This document shows positions 1-9,148 of a DNA stretch of 32,000 bases, piece by piece (the first letter of the stretch is position 1; each line of letters opens with the position of its first letter). The notes under the pieces were generated by a model. The model worked only from the letters and a program-made list of their open reading frames with translations. It did not search any database and was not told the origin of the DNA. This stretch comes from Nostoc sp. PCC 7120 = FACHB-418 (lineage in GTDB: Bacteria; Cyanobacteriota; Cyanobacteriia; Cyanobacteriales; Nostocaceae), in the NCBI RefSeq assembly GCF_000009705.1, contig NC_003272.1, positions 4,650,001 to 4,682,000 of the forward strand, in the 5' to 3' direction. Made by a program: the position numbers and the translations under genes.

Positions 1-394
1 GTTGGCGGTTGTATTGTTCCCGCAAAGAACGCGAAACTCCGATTGCTCGCTGTTGTATCGCCAAGTAGCGACGAGGAATTCTTACTGTTACACCTTTATC
101 GCGGAGGTAGTGTTGAATTTCGCCACGGATATAAGGTATGGCAAAGGAGCTAAAAGCATGGCCTTTGGCAATTTCAAATCTTTCAATCGCTCTGATTAAA
201 CCTAAACAACCAACTTGAACCAAATCATCATAGTTTTCCCGGCATTGATTCATCCAGTAGTGAGCTTCTTTCCTCACTAATCCAAGATTCAGTTTTACTA
301 GTTGATTACGAACAGTTTCTGATCGAGATTGCTGATATTCTCGTAACAACTGCCAAATTTCATACTTCAATTCGTTGGTAGCTGTTGTAGGCAT
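1..394 (-). CDS. sigF: RNA polymerase sigma factor, group 3 (SigF-type), N-terminal part; the 3' end lies beyond the window edge
   Basis: An open frame on the minus strand starts at ATG 394..392 and runs off the window, so it has no stop and is absent from the ORF track. My translation is MPTTATNELKYEIWQLLREYQQSRSETVRNQLVKLNLGLVRKEAHYWMNQCRENYDDLVQVGCLGLIRAIERFEIAKGHAFSSFAIPYIRGEIQHYLRDKGVTVRIPRRYL..., which is sigma-70 region 2. The short N-terminus without region 1.1 fits group-3 sigma factors. The symbol rests on my recollection that sigF sits next to psbO in Nostoc PCC 7120. Confidence 0.85.
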   Translation of the reverse strand, partial: MPTTATNELKYEIWQLLREYQQSRSETVRNQLVKLNLGLVRKEAHYWMNQCRENYDDLVQVGCLGLIRAIERFEIAKGHAFSSFAIPYIRGEIQHYLRDKGVTVRIPRRYLAIQQRAIGVSRSLREQYNRQ

Positions 395-1044
395 AGCACC
401 GCATTTATTAAGTAAATAATTATTTGAGTAATCGCTTTTAAAGAATGCTGCGATTAAGCACTATCAACGCAAATGTCAAATTATTTGCTCTGTGAAAATT
501 TTGATTGATTCACATTTGGTGTTATCAAAATGCCAAGAGTCCGAAAATCAAACAGAATTTAAACTAATAAGAATTGCATCGTGGTTTTATTTTTTTTTGT
601 ATTTTTTGGAGCTTTATCAGAGCTACATACAGACAAAATATAGAATTTTTAGGTAAAATTGAAACCGAAATTTTACCTAACTTTCTTAATAAGTATTAAG
701 GCTGAATTTTTAATATATTTTGAGTAACACAAAGACCAAAACCTCCAGTATATTTACGGCTATTTTCTTGGAGCTTTATGTAAACTTTAGGATAAGTAAT
801 TAAGGAATTGTAAATTGAGCTATTTAATAAAGATTTTGGTAAAAAAATTGGGTGTAATCAGTGCAACACTTAAAAAAGTAATTAATACTGAAATAAAATT
901 AAGAAAGTTTATTATTTTTTATAAAAAACTCATTGCAGACAACCTGGGTACGTAAGTCCTAATAACATTAGACCTCTTGCATGAATCTGATAGCTTCTCA
1001 GGCTGGAAGTCTGGCTGGATCTCAGCGATGTTGACCAACCCAAT

Positions 1045-1068
1045 AAAAAAAGGGCTAGAAGCCCCTTT
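1045..1068 (-). terminator. Weak rho-independent terminator candidate downstream of psbO
   Basis: The minus strand reads AAAGGGGC-TTCTA-GCCCTTTTTTT. This gives a 4-5 bp GC stem (extendable by A-U pairs) followed by a T7 run, about 245 nt after the psbO stop. The stem is short, so confidence is modest. Confidence 0.4.
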
Positions 1069-1314
1069 CTGTGATTTTTTTTGAGAGTATTAACAGCTTT
1101 TTACCACTGATTGAACTGCATTTTTCCCAACTCCCTGTCCTCACGGGATTTTATCAACCCGAAAATTGCGTTAGTTAAGCGAGTAGTCAAACCATGCACC
1201 TCAGGAAAATTAGGGGGTATGGGTTAACGTTCAATCAGAAATTTGATAATAGGCAAAGAATGGTTCCAGTGCCAGACAGCTTTGGCAATCAAGAAAATTT
1301 AGGCACGTTTGGGT

Positions 1315-2136
1315 TTATTCAACACGAGCGTAAAATATACCCCGAATCTTCACTTCCTTGGGTTCATCAGCGCCTAAATCAGTATCTGAAGGCTGTTCGC
1401 TCTCAAAAGTACCAGCAATTTCACCACTAGAGCTATCAACTTTAGCTATTTGTAGAGAAATTTTGCCGTTGAGAATTTCCGCACGCTTAACGTTAGTACG
1501 AGTAAGGTCTTCATCATCGGCTTGGGCTGGAAGAGCAACGGCATTATCATAGCCACTAACAACACCCCGACCTTTAGGATCTAAGAATGCAGCACCACGA
1601 TAGGAAGGTACTTTGAATGTACCTTCAAAGTCTGTGGAAGTATTCAGACTGCTTAAGCCAGGTTGTGTTTGTGCAACTAAATTTTTAATGGTGAACAGGA
1701 AGGGTACTCGCTCACCACCAGGTAATTGCACAGTAATGGCTTGGAAGTCAAGACCATCTTTTTCCACAAAGGTCAAGCTGCTATCATCGTTGAACTTAAG
1801 ATCACCCGATACCTGATCAATGGTGGAAGTGTATCTAGTTAACAATTTTCCAGCCACAAATTCTGCTGTTTGGCGTTTATTAGCAGGTTCTTCTTTGACG
1901 AAGAAATTGGTTGGTTCCAAGCAAAGTTCTTTGAGGACATAGGACTTACTGGAATCCAAGGGAATGGAGCCACGGCTGGTTTCTGTCAGTTGGGGACATT
2001 TGTTAGCCAGGCCAGTGCCTCGAATTTGTTCGTAAGTCAGTATATCTCTAGTACTAGAAGCTGGAGCGTCACTACAAGCAGTGAGTAGCCCCAAGCACAC
2101 AGCCAAGAATGCAACAATTAAAGCGCGATACCTCAT
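1315..2136 (-). CDS. psbO: Photosystem II manganese-stabilising protein PsbO (33 kDa extrinsic protein)
   Basis: This is ORF-track 1315..2205 trimmed to ATG 2136. The start MRYRALIVAFLAVCLGLLTAC is a signal peptide, as in cyanobacterial PsbO. The body carries PsbO-typical segments: GTGLANKCPQL, VPSYRGAAFLDPKGRG and GEIAGTFESEQPSDTDLGA. Confidence 0.95.
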   Translation of the reverse strand: MRYRALIVAFLAVCLGLLTACSDAPASSTRDILTYEQIRGTGLANKCPQLTETSRGSIPLDSSKSYVLKELCLEPTNFFVKEEPANKRQTAEFVAGKLLTRYTSTIDQVSGDLKFNDDSSLTFVEKDGLDFQAITVQLPGGERVPFLFTIKNLVAQTQPGLSSLNTSTDFEGTFKVPSYRGAAFLDPKGRGVVSGYDNAVALPAQADDEDLTRTNVKRAEILNGKISLQIAKVDSSSGEIAGTFESEQPSDTDLGADEPKEVKIRGIFYARVE

Positions 2137-2628
2137 GATCAACCTCAATGTCAAAAATCGATATATAAAGGGTTTGGGCATAGTGATAAGTACATTTTGC
2201 GGCAAATTGGCATCACTACTTACCTCAAATAACGCGAAAGTTGGATTTGGCTTCGCGCTGTGCCAATACCTGTGGTGTTGGCAGGGTTGCCCAAGTCGTT
2301 CTGTATTATGTATGTGTTACCACTAAATACAGCCGCTTGCTTTATTAGGGAAATCAGCCAGATCATACGATTTTTTTTAACTCAAAATCAAAGCACTTCT
2401 GGTCTTGAGTAACTAGTGTTGATCCCATAAGGCTTCCTATGAGTCTGTGTGAATCGTCACTGCGCCACTTTAGTATTAAAGGTATTGAGATTAAGGAAGG
2501 TGTGTCCCCCCTGGGGATAAGGTATTGACAAAAGATTCTACGAATATGTGTGTAAATTTGTCTTAAGGGATGAAAGACGACTATATTCGGTAAATTTGGG
2601 TAGACTTAATTTAAACAGAGAGGGTTGC

Positions 2629-2991
2629 ATGAGCAACAACAGCATTACGGAATCAAGTCAATTTTCAGATAAGTTACAAAATATTACGGATGTAGTCCAA
2701 GATGCGGCTAAAAGTTGCCAAGGAAATACTACGGCTCTTCTAAAATTGTTGCGCCAGTTAGAGCAGTTACACAGAGAGATTCGTGATGGAACATTCCAAG
2801 AAAGTTTACCTAATAATCGCCAGCATCTCTACGCTATGTTGAAAGACATTGAATCTGAGGGGGGTTGGCCTTATATTGAACGTATGAGATTACAAGCTTT
2901 TTTAAGCAACTTACTAGAAATAGAAACGGAAGAAAGCAAGCAACAGGTAAGTAGTGATGAATTGTTAAGTGACGATCGCTCTTGGAGCTGA
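2629..2991 (+). CDS. Hypothetical protein (about 120 aa, predicted helical, acidic C-terminus)
   Basis: This is ORF-track 2548..2991 (GTG start) trimmed to ATG 2629, which has a GAGAGG-like purine tract 8 nt upstream. The product MSNNSITESSQFSDKLQ... has no recognisable domain. Its amino-acid composition looks coding compared with the flanking AT-rich DNA. Confidence 0.55.
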   Translation: MSNNSITESSQFSDKLQNITDVVQDAAKSCQGNTTALLKLLRQLEQLHREIRDGTFQESLPNNRQHLYAMLKDIESEGGWPYIERMRLQAFLSNLLEIETEESKQQVSSDELLSDDRSWS

Positions 2992-3010
2992 TACCGCAAG
3001 GTGGAATTTA

Positions 3011-3052
3011 GATACCCTACAGCTAATGCAAGTGCTATAAAATTCAAAATCA
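3011..3052 (+). repeat. Small dispersed repeat, copy 1 (second copy at 24201..24250)
   Basis: ATACCCTACAGCTAATGCAAGTGCTATAAAATTCAAAATCAC aligns by eye to ATACCCTACGGGAAACGCAAGCGCTACAAAATTCAAAACAGC at about 33/40 identical positions in the same orientation. Both copies are intergenic. Confidence 0.6.
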
Positions 3053-3156
3053 CTACAAACTAAGTGTTTCGTCGATTTTGGCATGGATAGTTAATTTAAT
3101 TACAGATTAGTTCTTAGATACGATCGCTGACATCATCACAAAGCAAGCGATCGCGC

Positions 3157-3612
3157 TCATCTACAATTGTTGTTGCGCTTCCGATAATTATTGACCCAGC
3201 CACAACCACGATTCAGTAGGTCATCAAGATGTAAGTTCCATAAAATAATTGTGTTGTCATCGCTAGCTGAAGCTAACGTCTGTCCATCAGGGCTAAAACT
3301 GACGCTCAACACAGGAGCTTCGTGTCCGTTGAGGGTTTTAATTAATTTGCCCTCACGGCTCCACAATTTGACTGTACTATCCCAATTAGCAGCAGCAAGT
3401 ATTTCACCATTAGGACTAAAATTCACAGCATTAACGCTGTCGCTCAAGCCTTTTAACAAGGTTTGCAACAAAGTCCCATCTCGTCGCCATAAACTGACTG
3501 TGTTGTCCCAACCAGCAGAAGCCAATAATTTTTCAGTCGGGCTAAAACTAACACCTAATACCCACAATACAAGTAATTCTTTATTAAGTGCTATTGCTGA
3601 ATTTTGTTTGAA
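3157..3612 (-). pseudogene. WD40-repeat protein, C-terminal remnant (about 3 repeats), no canonical start
   Basis: The ORF-track entry 3157..3567 begins at a TTG. The frame stays open only to 3612, with a stop at 3613..3615, and contains no ATG or GTG. The product shows WD40 units (SFSPTEKLLASAGWDNTVSLW; NFSPNGEILAAANWDSTVKLW; GHEAPVLSVSFSPDGQTLASASDDNTIILW). The tail LDDLLNRGCGWVNNY resembles, from memory, the C-terminus of large cyanobacterial multi-WD40 proteins. No further WD40-like ORF lies upstream. Confidence 0.5.
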
Positions 3613-3780
3613 TTAACTACAAATGCTGTGACTTTTTTTCATGGCTACTTACAGAAAAATAGTAAAGATAGAATGGTCACGACAAGAGTATGTTGTTGTT
3701 TTTGATAACTTTTTTTCTGGCAAGATATATGGAACTTATGCCATGATTCTGATGTGCTTGCTGTAAAGTGTTACTAGCTC

Positions 3781-3810
3781 GTTAATTCCAGCAGTGCTGC
3801 TGAAATTAAC
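3781..3810. promoter_or_regulatory. Imperfect 30-bp palindrome upstream of ftsQ (candidate operator)
   Basis: GTTAATTCCAGCAG-TG-CTGCTGAAATTAAC has 14-nt arms with one mismatch and ends 55 nt upstream of the ftsQ ATG. No T-run follows it, so it is not terminator-like. Confidence 0.3.
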
Positions 3811-3865
3811 CAACAGACACAAGCCTAGTGAAGGAATTTAACCTGGAGCCAAAAAAGAGGTATTG

Positions 3866-4711
3866 ATGCCTGGTATAGCGTCGGTTAGCCAAAAGGAATT
3901 AGCTCAACGTCGTAAAAAATTACGTCGGCAGCGTCAGATGAAAATTATTCAGGCTATTTGGCAAACGATAGCCATTAGCGGTCTGGCAGGTGGGTTGCTT
4001 TGGGTCGCACTCCAACCTATATGGGTGCTGAAAACTCCTGAGCAAGTATTGATGAAATCTGACAATCAATTACTGTCGCAAGAAGCGATAAAGTCTTTGC
4101 TAGTTTTATCTTATCCTCAATCTTTATGGCGAATTCAACCTGCGGCGATCGCTGACTCTTTGAAGAAACAACCAACCATTGCCCAAGCAACTGTCAATCG
4201 TCGTCTTTTTCCACCAGGTTTAATTATCGAAATCGAAGAAAGAATACCTGTCGCAGTGGCTCAAAGGAGGAGAGAACAATCTAATAGTACTAGTAACAAA
4301 CAAACACACACAGGTTTAATCGATGCCAATGGAGTTTGGATTCCTCTGGAAAAATATACACTAGTAAATCCTCAGTTCAAACTCCCTACACTTAAGGTAA
4401 TTGGATTACCAGAACAATATGCTCCCTACTGGAGTAAACTATATCCCTATATCAGCCAAAGTTCCATAAAAATTACGGAAATTGATTACCAAGACCCAAA
4501 TAACTTAATTTTGAAAACTGAATTAGGAACAGTTTATCTTGGTGCTACAAGCGCCCAATTAGCTGACCAGATTAATTTACTAGCACAATTACGCCACATC
4601 AATACAAAACTAAATCCTTCGGAGATAGACTATATTGATTTAAAAAATCCTGAATCGCCTTTAGTACATATGATCCAAAATAAAGAGACAATTAAAAATC
4701 AAACGCCATAA
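3866..4711 (+). CDS. ftsQ: Cell division protein FtsQ/DivIB
   Basis: The start is ATG 3866 (the track begins at the adjacent TTG 3863). The protein has a basic N-terminus, one TM helix (IIQAIWQTIAISGLAGGLLWVAL) and a POTRA-like segment (LWRIQPAAIADSLKKQPTIAQATVNRRLFPPGLIIEIEER.PVA). It lies upstream of ftsZ in the same direction. Confidence 0.8.
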   Translation: MPGIASVSQKELAQRRKKLRRQRQMKIIQAIWQTIAISGLAGGLLWVALQPIWVLKTPEQVLMKSDNQLLSQEAIKSLLVLSYPQSLWRIQPAAIADSLKKQPTIAQATVNRRLFPPGLIIEIEERIPVAVAQRRREQSNSTSNKQTHTGLIDANGVWIPLEKYTLVNPQFKLPTLKVIGLPEQYAPYWSKLYPYISQSSIKITEIDYQDPNNLILKTELGTVYLGATSAQLADQINLLAQLRHINTKLNPSEIDYIDLKNPESPLVHMIQNKETIKNQTP

Positions 4712-5901
4712 TCATGTGTCAAAAATTCCTTATATATTAATGAATTTTATTTTATAAAACAATATTATTGTTTACTCTACGCTTTACATAGAAATTGTGA
4801 AAAGCTCTTTTCCAGACGCTTAGAACTTAGGGACAAAAATGATTTCTGGATACTTGCGCTCACCGTGTAGTACGTTTCCAGTGGCAATTGTTCAGTCTGT
4901 AGCAGATATTCAAACTGATTGACTTTACGACTGAACAGCTTGATAGGCTTAGATAGTATTGCTATTAAGTTTCAGTTTGGTCACAAAAAGTAACAAATTA
5001 ATTAATCAGTCAGATTTTTATTCCTTTGTTATCTTTAAATTTTCGCATCAATAAATAACACAGATAGGAGTTGACTTTGATTTCTGTTGGCGCAGTGTGG
5101 CATAGCTATAGGTACTTGTGTATCTAGGGGATGGTCACTCCTTCACCAACAAAATTTAAATGGGATGCCTTATGGAAGTCTAATTGTATGGTTAGAGTTG
5201 TAATTATCCCCAATTTTGAAACCTATCAACTATATTATTAAGGCAGTGAAGACTTGCCATAACCTATATTTCTCGCATGAAGTAATCTGCTGAGAACTAT
5301 GAGTTGTGTAATATATTGTATTTTTATTAAGTGTAGGTTTAATTGCATAGAGTTAGCCGTTAGAACTAATTATCCCAGAATAGATACCTCAAATTCTCAG
5401 TAGCAGAAATTAAATAGATAACAAAATATACAAAATGCCTTCAGTATTTAAAACTTCTTCTCAGAAGACAAACACAGTTAGTAACCAGATGAATAACTCA
5501 TCAAAATCATCAACAGAAGTATTAGCTGTGTCTCCTGCATCCCAAAGGTATACTATGCAAAAATTGCCATGTAGAGACAATATTAATAAGTTGTGGAAGT
5601 TATACAGATCAATTTTAAGTAAATGTATGTATACTTCTCTAGAATTAGCTGTGCATTCACCTATGGTGAGCCAAACACTATCTCCTGGGTATGCTCATCC
5701 AACATCTAAGGTAAGGCGAAGCCCAGTCCAAATGTTGGTGTTTGGTCTCATAGCAGACTTTCACACTTACAATCTTGTTAAGGTTGGCAGTAGTGATAAC
5801 AATCAAGAAGAGTGCCAAAATTTTTAGTGCTGTCAAACTTAATAGTTGACTCCTAGATGTGTAACACCTAAAAAAGTCGTTTATCTACCTTCCCGAATCC
5901 A

Positions 5902-7188
5902 ATGACACTTGATAATAACCAAGAGCTTACCTATAGAAATTCCCAATCGTTGGGACAGCCAGGTTTCTCACTGGCAGTTAACTCAAGCAACCCTTTCAAT
6001 CACTCTGGGCTGAATTTTGGACAAAATAACGACAGTAAGAAGATTTCTGTGGAAAATAACCGTATTGGCGAGATTGTTCCTGGGCGCGTTGCCAATATCA
6101 AAGTAATTGGTGTTGGCGGTGGTGGTGGTAATGCTGTTAACCGCATGATTGAATCTGATGTCTCTGGTGTAGAGTTTTGGTCAATTAATACTGATGCTCA
6201 AGCTTTGACCTTGGCAGGCGCTCCTAGTCGTTTACAAATCGGGCAGAAACTCACGAGGGGTTTAGGTGCAGGTGGTAATCCTGCAATTGGTCAAAAAGCA
6301 GCTGAAGAATCACGCGATGAAATTGCTACAGCCTTAGAAGGTGCTGATTTAGTATTTATCACTGCTGGGATGGGAGGTGGTACTGGTACTGGTGCTGCAC
6401 CAATTGTTGCGGAAGTGGCAAAGGAAATGGGCGCTCTTACTGTTGGAGTGGTAACACGTCCTTTTGTTTTTGAAGGTCGTCGCCGGACTAGTCAGGCAGA
6501 ACAAGGAATTGAAGGGCTAAAAAGTAGAGTTGATACTTTAATTATTATTCCTAACAATAAATTATTGGAAGTGATTCCAGAACAAACACCAGTCCAAGAA
6601 GCGTTTCGTTATGCAGATGACGTACTACGTCAAGGGGTACAAGGCATTTCCGACATCATTACTATTCCTGGTTTGGTAAATGTAGACTTTGCTGACGTGC
6701 GGGCTGTCATGGCCGATGCGGGATCAGCATTGATGGGTATTGGTGTGAGTTCAGGAAAATCTAGAGCCAGAGAAGCTGCGATCGCCGCTATATCTTCACC
6801 ACTGCTAGAATGTTCTATCGAAGGTGCTAGAGGTGTTGTTTTTAACATCACTGGTGGTAGTGACCTCACTCTACATGAAGTAAATGCTGCCGCCGAAACG
6901 ATTTATGAAGTAGTTGATCCCAACGCCAACATTATTTTTGGTGCCGTGATTGATGATAGGTTGCAAGGAGAGGTGCGAATTACCGTCATTGCTACTGGAT
7001 TTACTGGGGAAATACAAGCTGCTCCCCAACAAAACGCTGCTAATGCAAGAGTTGTATCTGCTCCCCCAAAACGGACACCCACACAAACACCACTAACTAA
7101 TTCTCCTGCACCTACTCCTGAACCAAAAGAGAAATCTGGATTGGATATCCCTGATTTTCTTCAGAGACGGCGACCACCCAAAAATTAA
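5902..7188 (+). CDS. ftsZ: Cell division GTPase FtsZ
   Basis: The protein carries the motifs [15 protein letters not shown] and the tubulin signature [13 protein letters not shown]. It has a conserved C-terminal peptide [10 protein letters not shown]. An N-terminal extension of about 60 aa precedes the globular domain. Confidence 0.97.
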   Translation: MTLDNNQELTYRNSQSLGQPGFSLAVNSSNPFNHSGLNFGQNNDSKKISVENNRIGEIVPGRVANIKVIGVGGGGGNAVNRMIESDVSGVEFWSINTDAQALTLAGAPSRLQIGQKLTRGLGAGGNPAIGQKAAEESRDEIATALEGADLVFITAGMGGGTGTGAAPIVAEVAKEMGALTVGVVTRPFVFEGRRRTSQAEQGIEGLKSRVDTLIIIPNNKLLEVIPEQTPVQEAFRYADDVLRQGVQGISDIITIPGLVNVDFADVRAVMADAGSALMGIGVSSGKSRAREAAIAAISSPLLECSIEGARGVVFNITGGSDLTLHEVNAAAETIYEVVDPNANIIFGAVIDDRLQGEVRITVIATGFTGEIQAAPQQNAANARVVSAPPKRTPTQTPLTNSPAPTPEPKEKSGLDIPDFLQRRRPPKN

Positions 7189-7464
7189 GCGGTTTTAGAT
7201 TTGAGATTATTTAAAATTTGTAGTCTCTAGTCAGGCTAAATGCTGTATAAAAACTGCTAATTTTCAAGTTCAGAGGTATGTTTTTTACCTCAGGTAAATC
7301 TTGTTGCTGTTAGAAATAAATTGCTACTATTCAAAAACAGAATACACTTGGGCGATAGTTTATTGACTTTTACGCCTAATTGTGTATTTGTGATACACAG
7401 GAGTGAGACCGAAAAGAGAAATCTTCACGTCCTCCTCCTGTAGTTTTCCTTTGATTACCTGTGT

Positions 7465-8439
7465 TTAATTTTGAATTTGTAGGTTTTTTTCAACCCATTG
7501 AATTACTTGATGAGCCAGGCGAGTACCATCTAGTCGGTCGATTTCCCTTATCCCAGTTGGGCTAGTGACGTTAACTTCTGTGAGATAGCCACCTATCACA
7601 TCAATACCCACAAAGATTAACCCATCTTGGCGTAAATTTGCGGCGATTTGGCTACAAATTTCTTCTTCTCGTGGGGTAATTTCGGTTTTTGCAACCGTCC
7701 CACCAGTGGCCATGTTATTACGAAAATCACTGCCACTTGCCAAACGATTGAGAGCGCCAATGGGTTCACCATTAAGTAAAATGATCCGCTTATCTCCCTC
7801 TTTGGCCTCTGGTAGATAAGTTTGTACCATTACGGGTAATCGGCCTTGCTGGGTGCTGAGTTCGACGATGGAGTTAAAATTGCGATCGCCTGCTTGTAGA
7901 AATAGAATCCCTTCCCCAGCTTTGTTACCCAAGGGTTTGAGAACAGTAGCGCCTTTTGCTTCGACAAATTGCCGGATAAAATCTTTATCTGCACTGACGA
8001 TGGTTTCGGGAATTGCCTTGGTAAATTGAAGGGCATACATTTTTTCATTTGCCCCACGGATACCATTGGGATTGTTAATTACCAAAGTTTTACGTTGATC
8101 AACGTAATCTAGAACATAGGTAGCGTAAAGATAGGCATCGTTCACGGGCGGATCTGTCCGCATGAATACAGCATCCATCGTCTCCAAAGAACTGAAGGAA
8201 CGAGTATTTAATGTATACCAAGGACTTGCTGCCACCCATCGTCCATCTATTAGCTGCACTGGTACAAGTTCTACCTGCTGCAATATAGCCCAAGCTTTGC
8301 TGTCTACTACACTCAACCAATTAGCCTGAGTTACCCAAACTTCATGTCCTAAAATTTGCGCTGCTTCCATCAGCGCCACACTGGTATCATGGCATGGGTC
8401 TAACTGATGGATGGGATCTATAATAAAAGCCAGTTTCAC
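7465..8439 (-). CDS. gshB: Glutathione synthetase (prokaryotic ATP-grasp type)
   Basis: The N-terminal domain reads MKLAFIIDPIHQLDPCHDTSVALMEAAQ. The ATP-grasp half contains KPLGNKAGEGI, RIILLNGEPIGALNR, FRNNMATGG and VGIDVIGGYLTEVNVTSPTG. Confidence 0.9.
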   Translation of the reverse strand: MKLAFIIDPIHQLDPCHDTSVALMEAAQILGHEVWVTQANWLSVVDSKAWAILQQVELVPVQLIDGRWVAASPWYTLNTRSFSSLETMDAVFMRTDPPVNDAYLYATYVLDYVDQRKTLVINNPNGIRGANEKMYALQFTKAIPETIVSADKDFIRQFVEAKGATVLKPLGNKAGEGILFLQAGDRNFNSIVELSTQQGRLPVMVQTYLPEAKEGDKRIILLNGEPIGALNRLASGSDFRNNMATGGTVAKTEITPREEEICSQIAANLRQDGLIFVGIDVIGGYLTEVNVTSPTGIREIDRLDGTRLAHQVIQWVEKNLQIQN

Positions 8440-8546
8440 GCCTTTTGCCTCAACGCCAGGAAATTCTCAGATAAATTATCCCTCGATATCCTGACAGATT
8501 GACAATTAGTGGTGAGGAAAAAAGCGTAATCCTGTTGCTTAAGTTT

Positions 8547-8819
8547 CTAGAGGCTAGTACTAGATGCTAATAACTCATCAAGTTGGCCTTGACGTTCAAG
8601 AGCATGGATATCATCACAACCACCCACATGGCGATCATTGATAAAAATTTGTGGTAATGAGCGTCTACCATTGGCTCTCTGAGCCATTTTATCCCTTGCC
8701 TCCTCATCACCATCGATACTGTATTCAACAAACTCAACACCCTTGTTATTGAGCAAATTTTTTGCTCGAATGCAAAAAGGGCAAGTTCTCCAAGTGTAAA
8801 TTTCTACTGTGGCAGCCAT
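8547..8819 (-). CDS. grxC: Glutaredoxin (Grx3 type, CPFC active site)
   Basis: This 90-aa protein has the motifs TWRTCPFCIRAK and SLPQIFINDRHVGGCDD. It lies directly upstream of gshB on the same strand, so the two form a likely operon. Confidence 0.9.
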   Translation of the reverse strand: MAATVEIYTWRTCPFCIRAKNLLNNKGVEFVEYSIDGDEEARDKMAQRANGRRSLPQIFINDRHVGGCDDIHALERQGQLDELLASSTSL

Positions 8820-9148
8820 AATGTCCTCAACATGATCTCATAACTAATTTTAGAACTTTGGTACTGATGGTAGATGCTTAATAGTAGTTATAAACTGTGC
8901 TTTTGCTGCTTGGTATGAAATATACTGGTGAACTTGCAATAAAAATGCTGGAGTTAGAAAGCAGAAGAACAACAATCTGTCTGCCTTTGGGCTTTTTGAG
9001 TAGGAAAGCAAAAAGAAATAGAAGTGTGCAAAGAAATATTATGTTTGCCCAGTCTTCTTTTCTTTTGCAACTTGGGTTTTATCTTGCTCTAAAGAACCAT
9101 GTTCATCGTGAATTCTGTAACCTTTTGAGTTTCTTGTCCAATACGGCG

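Noticed and set aside
3191-3616. Antisense shadow ORFs inside real genes, including this one and 1358..1552, 1613..1816, 1870..2088, 6630..6869, 6871..7086, 7830..8066, 8099..8320, 9393..9737, 11153..11401, 11497..11928, 12141..12377, 16839..17093, 18495..18677, 21526..21930, 21596..21808, 21795..22079, 24544..24759, 26001..26321, 26373..26570, 28648..28860, 29712..29903, 30136..30438 and 31337..31585.
   Set aside because: Each lies opposite to, or out of frame within, a gene with strong family motifs. Their products are low-complexity or Arg/Ser/Pro-rich, as expected for alternative-frame readings.
5307-5321. The NtcA-like site TGTA-N8-TAT upstream of ftsZ.
   Set aside because: It lacks the conserved TAC half-site, and I could not pair it with a properly spaced -10 box. 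AT-rich DNA yields such near-matches by chance.
5435-5827. A 130-aa plus-strand ORF in the ftsQ-ftsZ spacer.
   Set aside because: Its composition is AT-driven, Ser/Asn/Lys/Thr-rich and low in complexity. It has no recognisable motif and no convincing ribosome-binding context. It looks like a chance ORF in 30%-GC DNA, although the spacer itself is flagged as a finding.
7273-7291. The hairpin GAGGTA-TGTTTTT-TACCTC downstream of ftsZ, considered as a terminator.
   Set aside because: The stem is only 6 bp and no U-tract follows it. This is not enough to call.
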